Positions 1 through 14,412 of a stretch of 64,000 nt of DNA are shown here, one piece after another; within the stretch, counting starts at the first letter, position 1; every line of letters begins with the position of its first letter. Position numbers and translations under genes: made by a program. Source of the stretch: the human T2T-CHM13v2.0 reference genome, Homo sapiens; NCBI RefSeq assembly GCF_009914755.1, contig NC_060931.1; one strand, written 5' to 3'. The notes below the pieces were generated by a model. That model made no database searches, was not told the origin of the DNA, and saw nothing but the letters and a program-made list of their open reading frames with translations.

Positions 1-187
1 CTATTATAACAACAACAAAAAAATTTTAACTGCCACAAAGATTATATTTGCTTCAATATAAATTAGGAAGTTTTTCCGTATTTTTTTATTTTCAGAAATT
101 ACTTTTATAAAAGAGACTTAATGATGTAGATAAGATAGAAAGTACCGTTCCTGGAAGTTTGTTATTATTCAGCTTTTAATTCAGCAT

Positions 188-234
188 ATTAAAGGTAATG
201 ACAGAAACCACAATTACTTTTGCACTAACCTTAT
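188..234. mobile_element. MADE1 (Hsmar1-derived MITE), one arm
   Basis: aaaggtaatgacagaaaccacaattacttttgcactaacctta matches the recalled MADE1 terminal inverted repeat. Confidence 0.75.
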
Positions 235-1014
235 ATAAACCATCTGTGCATTAGTGGAGGAATATTTTAAGTACCTTTCATAATAATTATTACTCTGTTC
301 AAGTTTTCAATTTCAGGGGGACGATTTTGGTATTTTGCATTTTTCAAGAAATTTAGATATTTCCTTTAGGCTATTATACTTATTAACTTATATTTTTATA
401 AAATAATTTTTAAGTATTGAAGTATTTTATATTTATAAGTAGTTATCCCTTTTATATTCTTTCTTCTCTTTATTTGAATATTTTTACTTTTTTAGGTTTT
501 TTTGTAGAATTTTATCTGTCATTCTAGCTTTTTAGTTCCTAATTGTTTCTTCTTTGATTAAAAAAAGAAAAAAAACAAAGACCAATATTTCTTTTTTCTT
601 TCTTCTTTTTTTCTTCTTGGTTGATTAATTGCACTTAGTTTATTTATTTTTAATAACTCTTACATTCTGACACCTGTACTGATTTTTTTCTGAATATTGC
701 TTTAACTACATGTCACAATTTTTTACAGATAGAATGCCATTGTTATTTATATGTATTTTTTCTTGCAATTTTCTTTTTAACAAAAGAATGATATAGTGTT
801 TTTTTTCATTTTCCAGACATGTAGAACTTTATTTTGCTATATTGTGTTATGGGTTGCAACTTTATTGCACTCTGATCAGAAAACATATTCCATATAATAG
901 CTATTGTGTAGAATTTTTTAAGATATTTTATATTAATAGCTTGATACATAAACAGTTTTTATTTAATAATCCTCATTTATGCAAAAAGCACCCTTGTTCC
1001 ATATTTAGATGTGA

Positions 1015-1383
<369 letters not shown>

Positions 1384-3297
1384 TAAGATTAATAATACAA
1401 ACACATATACACATTTTTTCTGTACTATGGCTTATATTTTGTCTATTTGATCTACCAAATCTGAAAAAGCATATATTAAAATCACCAGTTACCATCATTT
1501 ATTTCTTCCTGTAATCCTACCAGTGGTAGTTTTAGATATTTTACATCTTTGTTGTTAACTGCATATATGTTGAGGATTATTACAACTTCTTTATTTATAA
1601 TATCTCTCTTGTCCTTTATGGTGCACTTTGTCCCAAATTATATTTTGTCTCATAATAAAAAATTAACTCTGGCTTTCTTTTGCTTTATATTTGTTTCACA
1701 GCATCTATTTTTTCCATCTTATGTATGTATTTTTTCCAACTTATGTATGCCACCTTATTTCATATTTTACAATGTCCATTCTTTTTTCTTATTTCTTTTT
1801 TAAGTCTTTCTACCTACTTGCCATTAGGTACATCAAATTTTCATCTGCTGCTTTAAAGTTATACATTTGTATTTTATTACCTTGACTTATTTTGACTTAG
1901 TCTTAGGTTATTTTTTCCTGGCAATATATAAAGCAGATCAATATCTATGTCTTTATCGTTTAACAAAATAATACCCATAGCATACCATCCTCTACCTCTC
2001 CTCTTGTTGCCAACTTTTTGTATTTCAGGAGTTTTAGTTACATATATTTGTAAGTGTACTTTTTACAAAATAATTAGTTCCAGCTCACCTATACTTCTTT
2101 CTGTCCAACTGTAATGGGATTCTGGTGCTGCCCTAGTGTTAATTCACTATTATCTCTGGTGCTGCAGCTTACCTACCACATTACACCAAAGGTTTCTACC
2201 AAAGGCACCAAAGGATAATAAGTTAGTGTCTAGGAGGTCTAAGCTTCAGGGCCTGAAATAGGCTATCCCTGATGTACCTCCAGATACAGGCTTACTCAGG
2301 TTATGTGGAGAAGACTAAAGATTAAATTGCTGGCCCCCATTCCTGGTTACTGTACTCTCCTGCTTCAGATCCTTAGTTTTCCAAAGACATCTGCAACTAC
2401 TTGTGTTCTGTATGAGTTTCTCATCAGCTGTTTTATTAATTGATGAATAAGACCCTGAAGCCCATACAAAGTCTATTTTTCTTTTTTGGCATCTCCGAAG
2501 TTGAATTCAAGAGAGACAGGGAATAGCTCATGTTAGTTTGCTATGTTGTACTGCACTGGCACTTTCCCCCTCCCTAACTTTGTATTTTTATTTATTCCAT
2601 CATCCTGTTTCTCTTAGGAATGTTTGATTACTCATATTCTAACTTCTTGAAACCAATGCTGAATTTATTGTCATACTTGATTGTTTAAATATGAGAGCAG
2701 TTAAAATTATGAACCTGTCTCTTATTATGCCTTTGGCCACATCTCGTTTCAACGTGCATTCTTCTCATTTTCATCACTTCATAAATAGTCTATATTTTTT
2801 ATTTTTACTTTCATTTTCTCTTTGACTTGAACAATTGGGGAAACTTTTTAATTTGTAACTTTTTAATCTATTTAATGTTTTATTACATTGAGGCCAGATA
2901 ATAGTGTCTTTTCAAGTTTTTCTTTTTTTGAATGTGTTGCTTTTATTGTAGACTAATACTGGTGTTTTTGGTAAAAGTGACACGATGTGTTTTAGACCTT
3001 CTGGATCCATATTCATTTTTCCTTAATCTAGGAAATTGAGAATTATATATACTGAAATTATACCTCATTGTTGTATTTTGTGTCTTACAGCTTTGGTTAT
3101 CTATGTTGATGGCATGTTGAAAGTACATAAAATATGACTTCAAGATTTATCAACCTTTAAGTATACTTTGATGTTAATATTCTTACTGCTACTTTTGTTT
3201 GCAGTTGCTGGATAAACACCAGTGTATAAGTGTGTACCTATTTTTAACATAAACATAATTGTAGCACTTTGTTTTATAGTAGCTTTAAAATAATATA

Positions 3298-3450
3298 ATC
3301 ACCTGTGGTTCCAGCTATTCAGAGGGCTGAGGTGGGAGGATCACGTTAGCCTGGGAGGTAGAGGCTTCAGTTGAGTGGTGATTGTGCCATTGCACCCCAA
3401 TCTTTGCAAGAGAGTGAGACCTTGTCTCAAAATAAATAAACAAATAAAAA
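3298..3450 (+). mobile_element. Alu right-arm monomer (FRAM/AluJ fragment)
   Basis: cacctgtggttccagcta...gtctc followed by A-rich tail. Confidence 0.85.
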
Positions 3451-6400
3451 TATAATATTGGAATCTGTATTTTTTACAAGAAAATTTAACCAATTTAAGT
3501 TTATAATTATAATTATGCAAGATATAGGTGTTCCCACCTTATTTTATGCTATATGTTTCTTTTATGTTTATTGGCTTTCACACTAAGGCTTGTCTTTAAG
3601 TTTTTGAAAAGTGTTTAAAAATTTAAGGACAAAATAAAAATTAAAATATTAAAAATGAAATTAAAATTTAATTTAAAAATTAAAAATTAAGAACAAAATA
3701 TAATTTGAATTCAAATAATCATTTGAATGTTTCATATGGAAGATTTTGATACACTCTTGGGTTCTAAGCGAGATTATTAAAATATAATTGTTACATTTTT
3801 TAAAAACTTATGTTTTTGGTTAGTTTTCTAAAGATATTTACAACAGATAGTTATACTCTCAGGTTAATCAGTATCCACTATTATTCCTTTTAAAGAATAA
3901 TTTCTTCATTCTTATATTCTGAATTTTTTCTCATTCTCAGAGTATATCTTTAAGTAATTTGTTAAGTATTTGTGGAGGATATAGTTTCCATGAGCTTCCC
4001 ATACTGAGAATGACATTCTAATTCATTTATGAACTTTTTCCCTGAAAAAGTGGTAGGGCAAGTTTTATTGTTTTAAGAGTGTTTTAAAGGAAAAGTCTAA
4101 CATAAAGCTTGCATTTGGATGCTTGTATTGTTTTCACCTTGTACTTTAAAAATCTTTAGCACAATTTATTGAAGTAGGCCTTCTTTCATTGATTATTTGT
4201 CTTTTTAATTTGCTTTCATTGCTCTGTTTTTGTTTTGTTTTCATTTTAGTTCATTAATGTTTCCTTCAGTTTTTTCCTATTTCTGTTTTTTTTCTAGAAA
4301 TACTGTCATCAGTATCTATTACGTTTTTTTATGGTTTTATTTTGTCTTTTTTTCGTGTCTGAGATTGTTTCTTAAATTTGTCTTGTCATATCAGTGATTT
4401 TATTTTTTATAGCATTAATTATGCTTTTTGTTAATTTTTTATTGGGTAAAATATACATGTATAGTTTACTGTCTTTACCATTTTAAGTGTACAGTTTAAT
4501 TGTAATTAAATATGCTTTTAAATTCAAATTCATTTATGCTTTTTAGCACTTCTAACATGACTTAATTCTCTTATTAAATGTTTAGTCTTCTTACTCTTCA
4601 TTCTTTCTCGCTTTTCTTTACTTTCTCTTCAGCCTAGAATTTCAAAAAGTGATCTTAAAATATTTTTTTACTTATGGGATACATCATTTTCACAAGTTTA
4701 CTTATTTGTGTGTTCAAGTTGATATTTTCTTTACCTTGATTTGCAGTATTTGTTAATAGACCTAAGGTGACCTGTTTTTTCTTTCCTTATCTTGAAATGA
4801 AACAAAAATCTTTTAGTAATTGGTTAGTCAGTAATTATTCACTTTTTGATTATGAATCTCATTTCTAGACTTAGATCAGGAGGGATATTTAGGTGCCTCG
4901 TGTCCAGCCCAGTTGCTATTTTCTAGCAGTCTGACATCTAGGGCAATTCTCTGTACTAAGGTCAGATACTCCCAAGTATTGCCACACAGTTCTCTAAGTT
5001 AAAGAGATAAAAAAGGTAATTTCCAGTCTTCACTGCTAGCAAGGCACTTACTGAAGCCACCCATGTCTATATAGGTCTGCAGCTGAAAGTATGCAGTGTG
5101 CCATGCATCAGCCACCTTCCTGCATTTCCCCCTAACAGTTGCTTTCTGAGCAAATATGGAATACTGAGGAAGTTAGAGAGCCCAGTTTGAGGCCCCATTC
5201 CTGGGCAAGACAGTAGGGGTTGTCCACTTTTTGCTTGGGACAGAATGGATCTCAAGCCATCAGTGAGGGTGGTACAAAGTGTCTCCCTGATGTCAGAGGG
5301 GATCTTGGATAGATTTTTCTTAATTCAACTTCATGACTCTTTTATATTCTATGAACTGTTGTTTTTAGTTGTGGTGTTCATTTTTGATTGTGAGTTTTTT
5401 TGTTTTTAATGTGATTACACTGGCAGTTTAATGGAAGGTACGGCGAGGCTGGCTCAGGAACTGTTAGCCAGGTACCATTTAAAGTGACTGTCCAATTTCT
5501 CCCTTGCCATTCCTCCTCAGGAGTCACAGCAATTGCAACAATTAAAAAAATTCGACATTTCTCTTGAAGAAAAAATGGAGTCTAAAAGTTGGTTTATTTT
5601 ATTTATTTAATTCTATGAAAAAGAATCTAGAAAAGTTATAAAATGCATGGGATAATAACATTAAGTTATCTTTATGGAAGTTTCCACTACCATGTAGGGA
5701 AGCTATAAATTGCTGCCTACTTAATAGCAAACAGTTACTTATTTAAAAAAGAGCTGTAATTACAGGCCATCAACTACATCCAGCAGCAGCATCATTAATA
5801 ACAAGTTTATGAGTACCTACTTAGGGAGTGACCTTGTTAGAGAATCTCACCCAATGCTACATATGCTGCCATTAGTGTTACCATTCAGATTAGATTGTGA
5901 TATTGTTCAGTCAGCCAGTTTTAGTTCATTTTGCATACATGATTCCCTAAGTAAAACACTTTCGTTAATACTGGATAGATACCATATGTAAACTTTTCAG
6001 CAGAAATTACAAAGAAATATGGCAAAGCTTCATCTTAACACCAAAATGTAGTTAAAAACAGCTTTGATTTCTTTTGTGAAGCTATATTGTTGTAGGTAAG
6101 ACATACATCACTCAAATACTCACAAAGATAACTAAAAATTTAGATCCCAATCTAGAAAGCACTTTATAAAGTTCTATGCAAATATTAGTTATTGATTTGC
6201 TTTTGTAAAGCAACAGCAGAAAATGTTGCCCTTATCTGATTGTAATATTTCTAGAACTAGAGCTCTCTTAAAACATTTCCTGCGAAGATATTTTTCACTT
6301 TTTAAAGAAAAATGTTTCCATGCTCTCACAGGATAAGTAGAGAGAGGGCAAAAGTTCAGTCTCACTATTTAAGTTTCTGTGTAAAGGATGTTTCTATTTC

Positions 6401-8679
6401 TAGCACAGTTATATTTGGATTATATCGATCCGGTAATATGAGTGCATGTTCTGTATTCATCTTTTTGAAAAAAAAATTATACACAGCAGGTACACCTTCA
6501 GAATGTTAAATGAAAGCTCCTGTTCTCATAGGAATGTGTATGTTTATTTGTGCTGAAATCCTGAGGTGCATATCTATGGCTTTCATATTAAAGATGACTG
6601 AAGAGATGAAAATGATGGTCTTGTAAGTTAAAAGACTTTTACCTGCAGTCCTTAACCTTTTCTTTTTATTTATGCCCTCCTAATCCCAACTCTTTTCTCC
6701 AAACCTAGCTTCTCTGAAGCCCAAAAACTCCAACAGGCATCTCAGGCTCTATTTCTATTAACCAGCCCTGTTAACCTTCTATCCCTGCAGTCAGCGTGCC
6801 TGACCATTCTTGCAAACTCTTGGACCTGTACTTTGAAAAGGTTATTGATTCTTGACATAAATCTCTTAAACATGTGGAAAGGGAACTGCTCTAGAATAAG
6901 AAAACTCAACCTTTTACCAACTATGCTTCATTTGTCGAGGTCCTTCACCCCTGTGAAAAGCAATTTTCTTTTCCTCATGAAATGGAGATAACTTGGGTCC
7001 ATCTTGCTCACTTTGCTTGGAAAGTAGGGTCCACGTCTGGACAAACAGGCCAAAGACACATGACATCTGATCTGGCTATAGGAACAAAAGACTAAACAAG
7101 CCATCCAGCAGCAGGTTGCCTCTGACCTTTCTCACAGGGTGATCTGGAGAATTCTTACAAGGTGTTTTTATTAATCTCCCTGAAGTATCTTGAAAGTAGA
7201 TTCTATGTCATGTTCATGTATCCTCAGTGATTAGCATAGTACCTAGCACGTAGTCTCAGTCACTAAAGGCCAATTGATTATTAAGGGAGGTGGAGGTCTG
7301 CTTTCTAAGCTTCATTAATAATAACAGCAGCTGATTGAGCACCATTTTGCATTCACTGTCAGAATGCTCAGAGACTACCAGAAGTGATCCATGGTTTCCA
7401 GTTGGAGTAATAACTTCTCATCTGAGAGGTTATGATGATGACATATGGCTTGGGGTTTGGGGGAAGATTAAATGAAAAATATATCCCAAAGCAACTGGTT
7501 CAGTTAGATACATGGTTAAGGGAGGAACAGAGGTAGGAAGAGTCAAATCTGGTTTTGTTTCCGCTCCATCACCTGTTTCTAGTGGGAACTTGAAAAGGTG
7601 TGTGACTTCCCTGAGCCTCTTTCCTCATCTGAACCATGAGGTTCACAACACCTGCCCTGCCTCCCCCAGTCATTTGCAATGATAAAGGGAGATGATTAAA
7701 AATAAAGGGGCCTACAAATGTAAGAAATTTAGTATTAGTGGAAAGAACCATGGGCTGGGATTTCTAAAACCTTGCTTTGGCACCTAATAGCCTTCCAAGG
7801 TAAGCTCACTAGACACAGGTCCATACTATATAAAACAAAAAGGGTTCAGTTAGTGTATTTTGATGCTTTTCTTGTCAAAAGTGATGGATTTGTAGAAATT
7901 CTCTTAATATACATACAGAATTAAAATAATCGCATATTTTTAATTTTAGGCCTCATGTGTACTAAGAAAATCTTGTCCATTCTGAATAATGTGAATTTAC
8001 ACAATTCATTCTGCTTTCCTATATGTAAAGAATTTAGCTATACTTAGTAACACTCCAAACTTTGCGCAGTTGTTCTCACCTCACTGCTAATTAGTTCAGT
8101 TCCCTCCTGTTATCCATTTTTGGTGAGATGGAAAGGGTAGAATAGATCAACATGGGCTGTTTCACAGTTTTACCTGGGTTTGTCCCACAATTTGTGGATT
8201 AATCTAGTGTATTTATTCACAAGAAGGAAAATATTGGCTCAGGACAAGAATTTCTAAGCTCTGCAACCTTGACAACTACCTTCAGGTTCTTTGTTTCATA
8301 AATGTCACACCTGTTGTATGTGAAAGGGCCCTTGGAGTTCCTCACATCTAGCATTTTTCATATGGGAAACTGAGGCCCAGAGAAGCAACTTATAGAAGAC
8401 ACAGTGATCTGAGAAAAGAAAGTCCAAAATGCCAACAAGCTGCATGCCACGTATTTGGTTACCCTACGAGGAGTTAATAAAATCTGTCACTTGCCCATAG
8501 TGCAGTGTTCACTGTGGAATCTGCCCTTTTGATTTCTTGTTTCTCTTTAAATTGAATCAGAGGTGTTCATTTTACTTCAGGTGTGACATTTTACAGCAGT
8601 TAGCACATTTAACTGAGAGGTGAAGCTGGGGTAATCATATTTGAGTTATTCAGATCATTCTTTCTTGGTCCTAGCTGAG

Positions 8680-8890
8680 TTTATTGAGGACATACTATAT
8701 GCTAGCCACTGTGCTAAGTGCTTTATATGGGTTTTATCACTTAATCATCCAATAAGGAAGGTTATGACTTATAAGGAACTGAATTTTACAGGCAAGGAAA
8801 GTGAAATGAAAGAGGTTAAGTAATTTTCTAATGCTCCATAGAGTACATGGTAGACCAGAGATGAATTCAAGCAGTCTAAGTTAACTACTC
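8680..8890 (-). mobile_element. MIR/L2-tail fragment
   Basis: ttattgag..cactgtgctaagtgcttta...ttttacag..aggaaa..gaggttaagtaa core. Confidence 0.6.
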
Positions 8891-10257
8891 TTCATGCTTG
8901 GCACATGGTTGAAAGAACAAGAAGTATATCTTGTCAATAGCGATTGCAAATCCTCTAAAATCACCTAAGTGTATGGATTTTCTGGATGCCTTAGCACATA
9001 GCCATGTATGTTTGTGTGCATATACATTATTTGTTTTTGTAGATTTATATATAAATAATGTGTCTAATGTCTAAGTACTTTTGCCCTTTTTTACGTTATT
9101 AGTTTATACTGGTGGGGGAGATTAGCCCTAATATTTATTAGAGGGAGAAAAAGTCATTTTTACAGCATCCTGCACATAGCAACTCTTCAACGAATGCCTA
9201 TTGAATTCATCCTTATTTTCTAAGGAAAGTGGCAATGGATCAGAACGAGAAGATCCAGGTTTTAGTTCTGGTTTTAATGGTGATTCACTGTGAGGAAAAG
9301 ACCAGGTTGGCTGTCTTCTCCAATCTTTAGTCTTCCCGTGTCTAAAATGAGTTCAGAAGAGCCTACAGTTGGAGCGTCCACTGGGCATTCAAGCCTATCT
9401 GACTGGCTAGCCTGGTGTGTCAGGATTCCAAAAGATCCATCCAGACTAGGACTTAGGATGAGTATAGACCTCATCAGTGAAGGGGTAGGAATTGCAGGGA
9501 CTTCTGAGCAGCACTGTTGTGTCTTTACACCTTCTTCCAATCTAGTCATTGAGAAAACTTGTGATTAGGTTCCTTGCCAGGTGCACTAATACTCTGAGCA
9601 TCTGCTAAAGGCAGGTAAGTAAGAATTGTACCACTTGTGCTGTGGTAAGAAACTAAAAGAGCCAGATTTTGTGTCTTATAAAAATAACATTTCCACATAG
9701 GGTCCTACTCTAGAAACTGTTCAAGCATAGAAGCCCCTAGGAGCCGGTGAGGGTGCAAGGAGCAATAGCCACACCAGCAAGATGGCCAGAGTGACCAGGT
9801 CAGGAAGAATGTAAGCAGTGTGAGTGCGGCAGAATCAAACTGAAAAGTTTCAAAATCACTCTCAGCACCAAGAGCAGTAACAAGAGCTGTGGCAGTGCAG
9901 ACCTCATGCCTTTTGCATAACAGGAGGAGCACTTTACAAGGAACTTAGGAACCCTCAGGTTCTGGGCAGTTAGCCACAGGCATCCAAGGGGGTCGAATAG
10001 ACCTGTCCTTGGTTCTTCCATCTTCCCTTTATCATCCTTCTCATGTGTCCCCATGAACTTGGTAAAAACCCAAGGGAATACAGGTTGCAAACCCAAGAGA
10101 GGGTTGAGGTTTATGAGGTGCTGTGGTCTCCACAGGTTCACATTGCTAGTCTGAAAACTCCACATTTCTGTCCTTCTGTCAGACTCACTCACTTCTGATA
10201 AGAAAACCTCTTAGCCTTACTTGATTACAGTAATAGTAAAAGTTTATGGTCCCTCAT

Positions 10258-10562
10258 GTACAGTCTTAAATCCAAAACGCTCCCAGTCTTTTTTGTAATT
10301 TTGTGTCAAACTAATTTAGTGGTACAACCTGACCTAACAGGATGCTATTTACAGTCTTCATGTACCTCGCTTAGTGGGAATATTCATGTTTGGTGGCAAA
10401 AATAATTCATGTGTTTTTGACTATAGAGTGCCTCCAAAGACCCTGCTGTGGATAATAAGCAATTTGTAGAAGATACATCGTAACTACTTTTCTGAAGTTG
10501 GAAGAATGCTGACTTCCAAAAACATCTGGCCCCAAGGATTTCAGACAAGAAATTGTGAACCC
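10258..10562. mobile_element. TcMar-Tigger (MER46/Zombi-like) fossil
   Basis: End catctggccccaaggatttcagacaagaaattgtgaacc resembles the recalled MER46-type terminus. Confidence 0.5.
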
Positions 10563-11344
10563 ATAAGTTGTTTTTCTTAAATTTGGGAGTATTTATTGAT
10601 CCCCTAAGGAAACGAATGATTCGTTCAGTTCCTTCTTCTTCCCTTACAAAGAAAACAAAGCGGGGGGAGGGACAAGCAAAACAAATGTAAACTGTGACTC
10701 TTATTGCTAATAAGCTGTGGCAGAAGCTGTTGGGGGTCTGAGTCTTCAAAAGGAGCAGATCTTTTGGAGGACAGAAATCTGGATCTGTACCTTTCCTGCA
10801 ATTAAAAGAAAAAAATATGTATCAGAGATTTCCCCGTGCAACTGCAGTCCTCCTCCTCTCTCCCTTTGCAGTGGAGCTGCTGATCAGAATGTGCTTGCAA
10901 CTCACAGGACCATAGCGCCACCTTTCTTGCAGATTTGGAATAAATCTTCACACGTCCAGGTTTGGAATTAAATCACACTATCAGCTCACTTGCCTGTGTA
11001 TGCCGTTCAGTTAGCTAGACTTAGCAAGGAAACAGTTCCTTGACGCTCAAATCATAAAGGAAGAGCTGCAAAGAGGGCAATAAAAAGTGTTTTCTTCTCT
11101 TGGTCCCTGAGCAATTAAATTGGTAACCTAATCTGATGTTAGGGAGTATAGACCATAAACTGTGTTTAATTAGTTTGCACCCAGTGTCATTTCACACAGT
11201 AGACACTTTAATTTACAACTTGCTGCACTGCAGCACTTTTCTAGGCCTTTTACTATGTAATAAGGCATTCTTGTAGCTGCTGAGGCTTTACAAATATAGA
11301 TACACTTTCTTAGTTCAGATTTTTTCTTTCTTTTCAATTTTCAG

Positions 11345-11398
11345 TTGCAAATCAAACATGCAGTTACAGAAGCAGAGATTCAAAAATTGAAGACCAAG
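11345..11398 (+). CDS. PPP1R9A: Neurabin-1 coding exon A (LQIKHAVTEAEIQKLKTK), coiled coil
   Basis: Pyrimidine tract ...caattttcag|TTG; 54 nt, phase 0-0; AAG|gtaagc donor; peptide matches recalled neurabin-1 coiled coil. Confidence 0.95.
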
Positions 11399-12017
11399 GT
11401 AAGCACCGAAACATGGTGTTTGAATTTTACTTTTTAAACTTCAGATACTATGAATAAATCCAATCCTAGGACTAAAGGTTTTGTCCCTGTATATTTGAAA
11501 GAATGCAAATGTGATAGATTCATTTTCACTGTCAGGTACGTAGACAAACCTGCCAGTGAGAGCAAACACCCACATCCCCCTCAGTGCAAATAACACAATA
11601 TTTTAGATATATATATTTATGTATTTGCACATATGTGGCCTCTGAGATTTCCTTAAAAAGTAATATTTTTAATGGTTCAAGTATGCAAAGTATGTTTTGA
11701 TTACTAATTCCTTAAGCAAAGCTACTATATCTCCTCTTCACTTACCTTATTATAAATAGATTTAATCATTTGTAGGAACAAATTTAGTATAGCACATCAA
11801 TGTTTTATAAACCATTTCTAATTTCTAATAATTAAATCTTATAAACTTAATACATGCATAATTTAAGTGCCAGGTACTACTGGAAATTTTTAGTTGTTTG
11901 GTTCACATAATTTAAATTTGTGGGGGAGAAAAGGTCTTGATAAAAGGGAGTATGTATTATTAGTCTATATATTTTCATTGACAAACTTTAAGGCACTCGT
12001 ATGAGACACAATTCTAG

Positions 12018-12343
<326 letters not shown>

Positions 12344-14182
12344 TAAAAATATATTTTAAATTACTTTTAAAGCAATATTCTTTATTGTTTCAATGGTCTT
12401 TTAAAAATTAAAACATAATTACCCTCCCCCGCCCCCAATCACCACCACCACTACCACTAATGATCTCTTTTGTTGTTCACATTGAACACTTGTTTTGGTT
12501 TCTCCGTGTGTTTTAAATGGAGATGAATTAGCAAGGCTATTTTGGTTAAATGCTATTCTCAGCTAATTCACTCTGCAGCTCTTTAGTCAAAATACGACTA
12601 TACATCATTCACGGTGTTAGTCCAGCTCCGTGAATAATAATTTTAAATTAGTGGCGGTTGCTAAATAAACAACTTGATACAAAACATTGCTTAATAAAAG
12701 ATGCAGTAAATAACCTATTCCTGTTTTAAATTGTCATTGTCTCTTGACATAGAAAGAATTGAAGATTTTTTAAATTGTTGTTTTAAAAAGATCTCTTTTT
12801 CCCTGTGATTGTGTTTTAATGGCGCTTATGTATTAGACTATAGACATTTAACTTAGAAAATACTATAAATTAGCATTTTATATTTTTTCATCATTATATT
12901 GGCATGTAATATCCACAGATTAGCACTTTATTATGATTCTTTATTATTCATTTTGATAATAGAATTCCTAATCTTGACATTGTTTTGGATGCTTTCTAAC
13001 TTTGTAAACTGTTTTGCAAATGTGTTTAGTTAAAAATATTTGCAAAAACATAGATGTGTGTGTATATAAATACATGTTTACTTTTGCTAAGTGCTATATG
13101 ATTTTGAACATTGATAGTTTATAATGACTTTGCATCCTTTTGAACTTTAAAGAAGGCATATAAAGTAGATAAAGTACCAGTTTGAAGGCCAGAGAGTTAT
13201 TGGGAATGACTTTTGAGCCCTCACCTAAATGATCAGTATTGGATTTCTGTAGAAATGAGGGTATTAGACTAGTTTACTATCTATTCCTAAGAGTCCCTAG
13301 AAGCAGAAAAACAAAAAGCTGGTTATGGCTTTCTGTTCCGTGGGAGGGAATTAAATTAACCAAGCAAAAATTTATACTTTTACTTACACTATCTTTTATA
13401 TTTTTATGGGAATTGAGGTTTATAAAGCTTGAGAAATTCATTACACTACATGTAAAATAATGAGCTATAGAATATGTTCATGTTCCTTGAAATAAAGAAT
13501 GAAATAAGATCACCAAAAGGGTTAAAAGCAGAGTGAAAGTGGTTAATGTTTATCAGATGATTCTTATGCCCAAGGAGCTATTTCAAGCATTCTGATGTGT
13601 TATATCACAATTCTGTTGTATGGATGATGTAATTGAGTCTTGGAGAACTTCAATTACATGTCCAAGGTTTAATGGCCAATAATGACAGAACTGGGATTCA
13701 AATCCATGCTGAATGACTCCAGAGATCCCCTCTTAACCATTAAGCCATACTGTGCTTCTAACTCCTCTCTCCTCCCTGGCCCTCTCCACTCCCTTTTTAG
13801 TTAATTTTTTATATATAATTATATATTTTTTAAAAACTCTCAAAACATGTTGACATTCGTTGGATATATCAAACTCTGAAACATCTTTTACTGCTCACAG
13901 AATTTCAGATCACCTGGTGTGATGGAAATATCATGTGAGGTGGAATCCAATCCATGTTTTATCACTTATCAAATGTGTGACCTTGGACAAATCATTTCAC
14001 TTTTCAAGGCTTCCATTTTATCATCTGTGGAATTATAAAAATAATACCTGCTTTTCTCATCTCAAGTGGTTTCAGTGATTGTTTATGATAATAGAACTTG
14101 ATCTACAACATGCTATAAAAATGAGAGATTTTTGCCACAAAAGTGGCCAAATTATCTTTGCCTTGACGTTTGCTTTCTCCAG

Positions 14183-14412
14183 CTGCAGGCAGCAGAAAAT
14201 GAGAAAGTGAGGTGGGAACTAGAAAAAACCCAACTCCAACAAAACATAGAAGAGAATAAGGAAAGAATGTTGAAGTTGGAAAGCTACTGGATTGAGGCCC
14301 AAACATTATGCCACACAGTGAATGAGCATCTCAAAGAGACTCAAAGCCAGTATCAGGCCTTGGAAAAGAAATACAACAAGGCAAAGAAGTTGATCAAGGA
14401 TTTTCAACAAAA
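14183..14412 (+). CDS. PPP1R9A: Neurabin-1 coding exon B ([15 protein letters not shown]...[10 protein letters not shown]), coiled coil
   Basis: ctttctccag|CTG acceptor, AA|gtaagc donor; 230 nt, phase 0-2; lies within ORF 14132..14416. Confidence 0.96.

Noticed and set aside
188-234. MADE1 as a miR-548-type hairpin
   Set aside because: Only one arm is present, so no fold-back.
3615-3700. AT-only repetitive stretch
   Set aside because: Low-complexity slippage within decayed L1.
9274-10192. Overlapping ORFs of 75-130 aa on both strands
   Set aside because: No recognisable homology, mostly non-ATG starts, no splice support.
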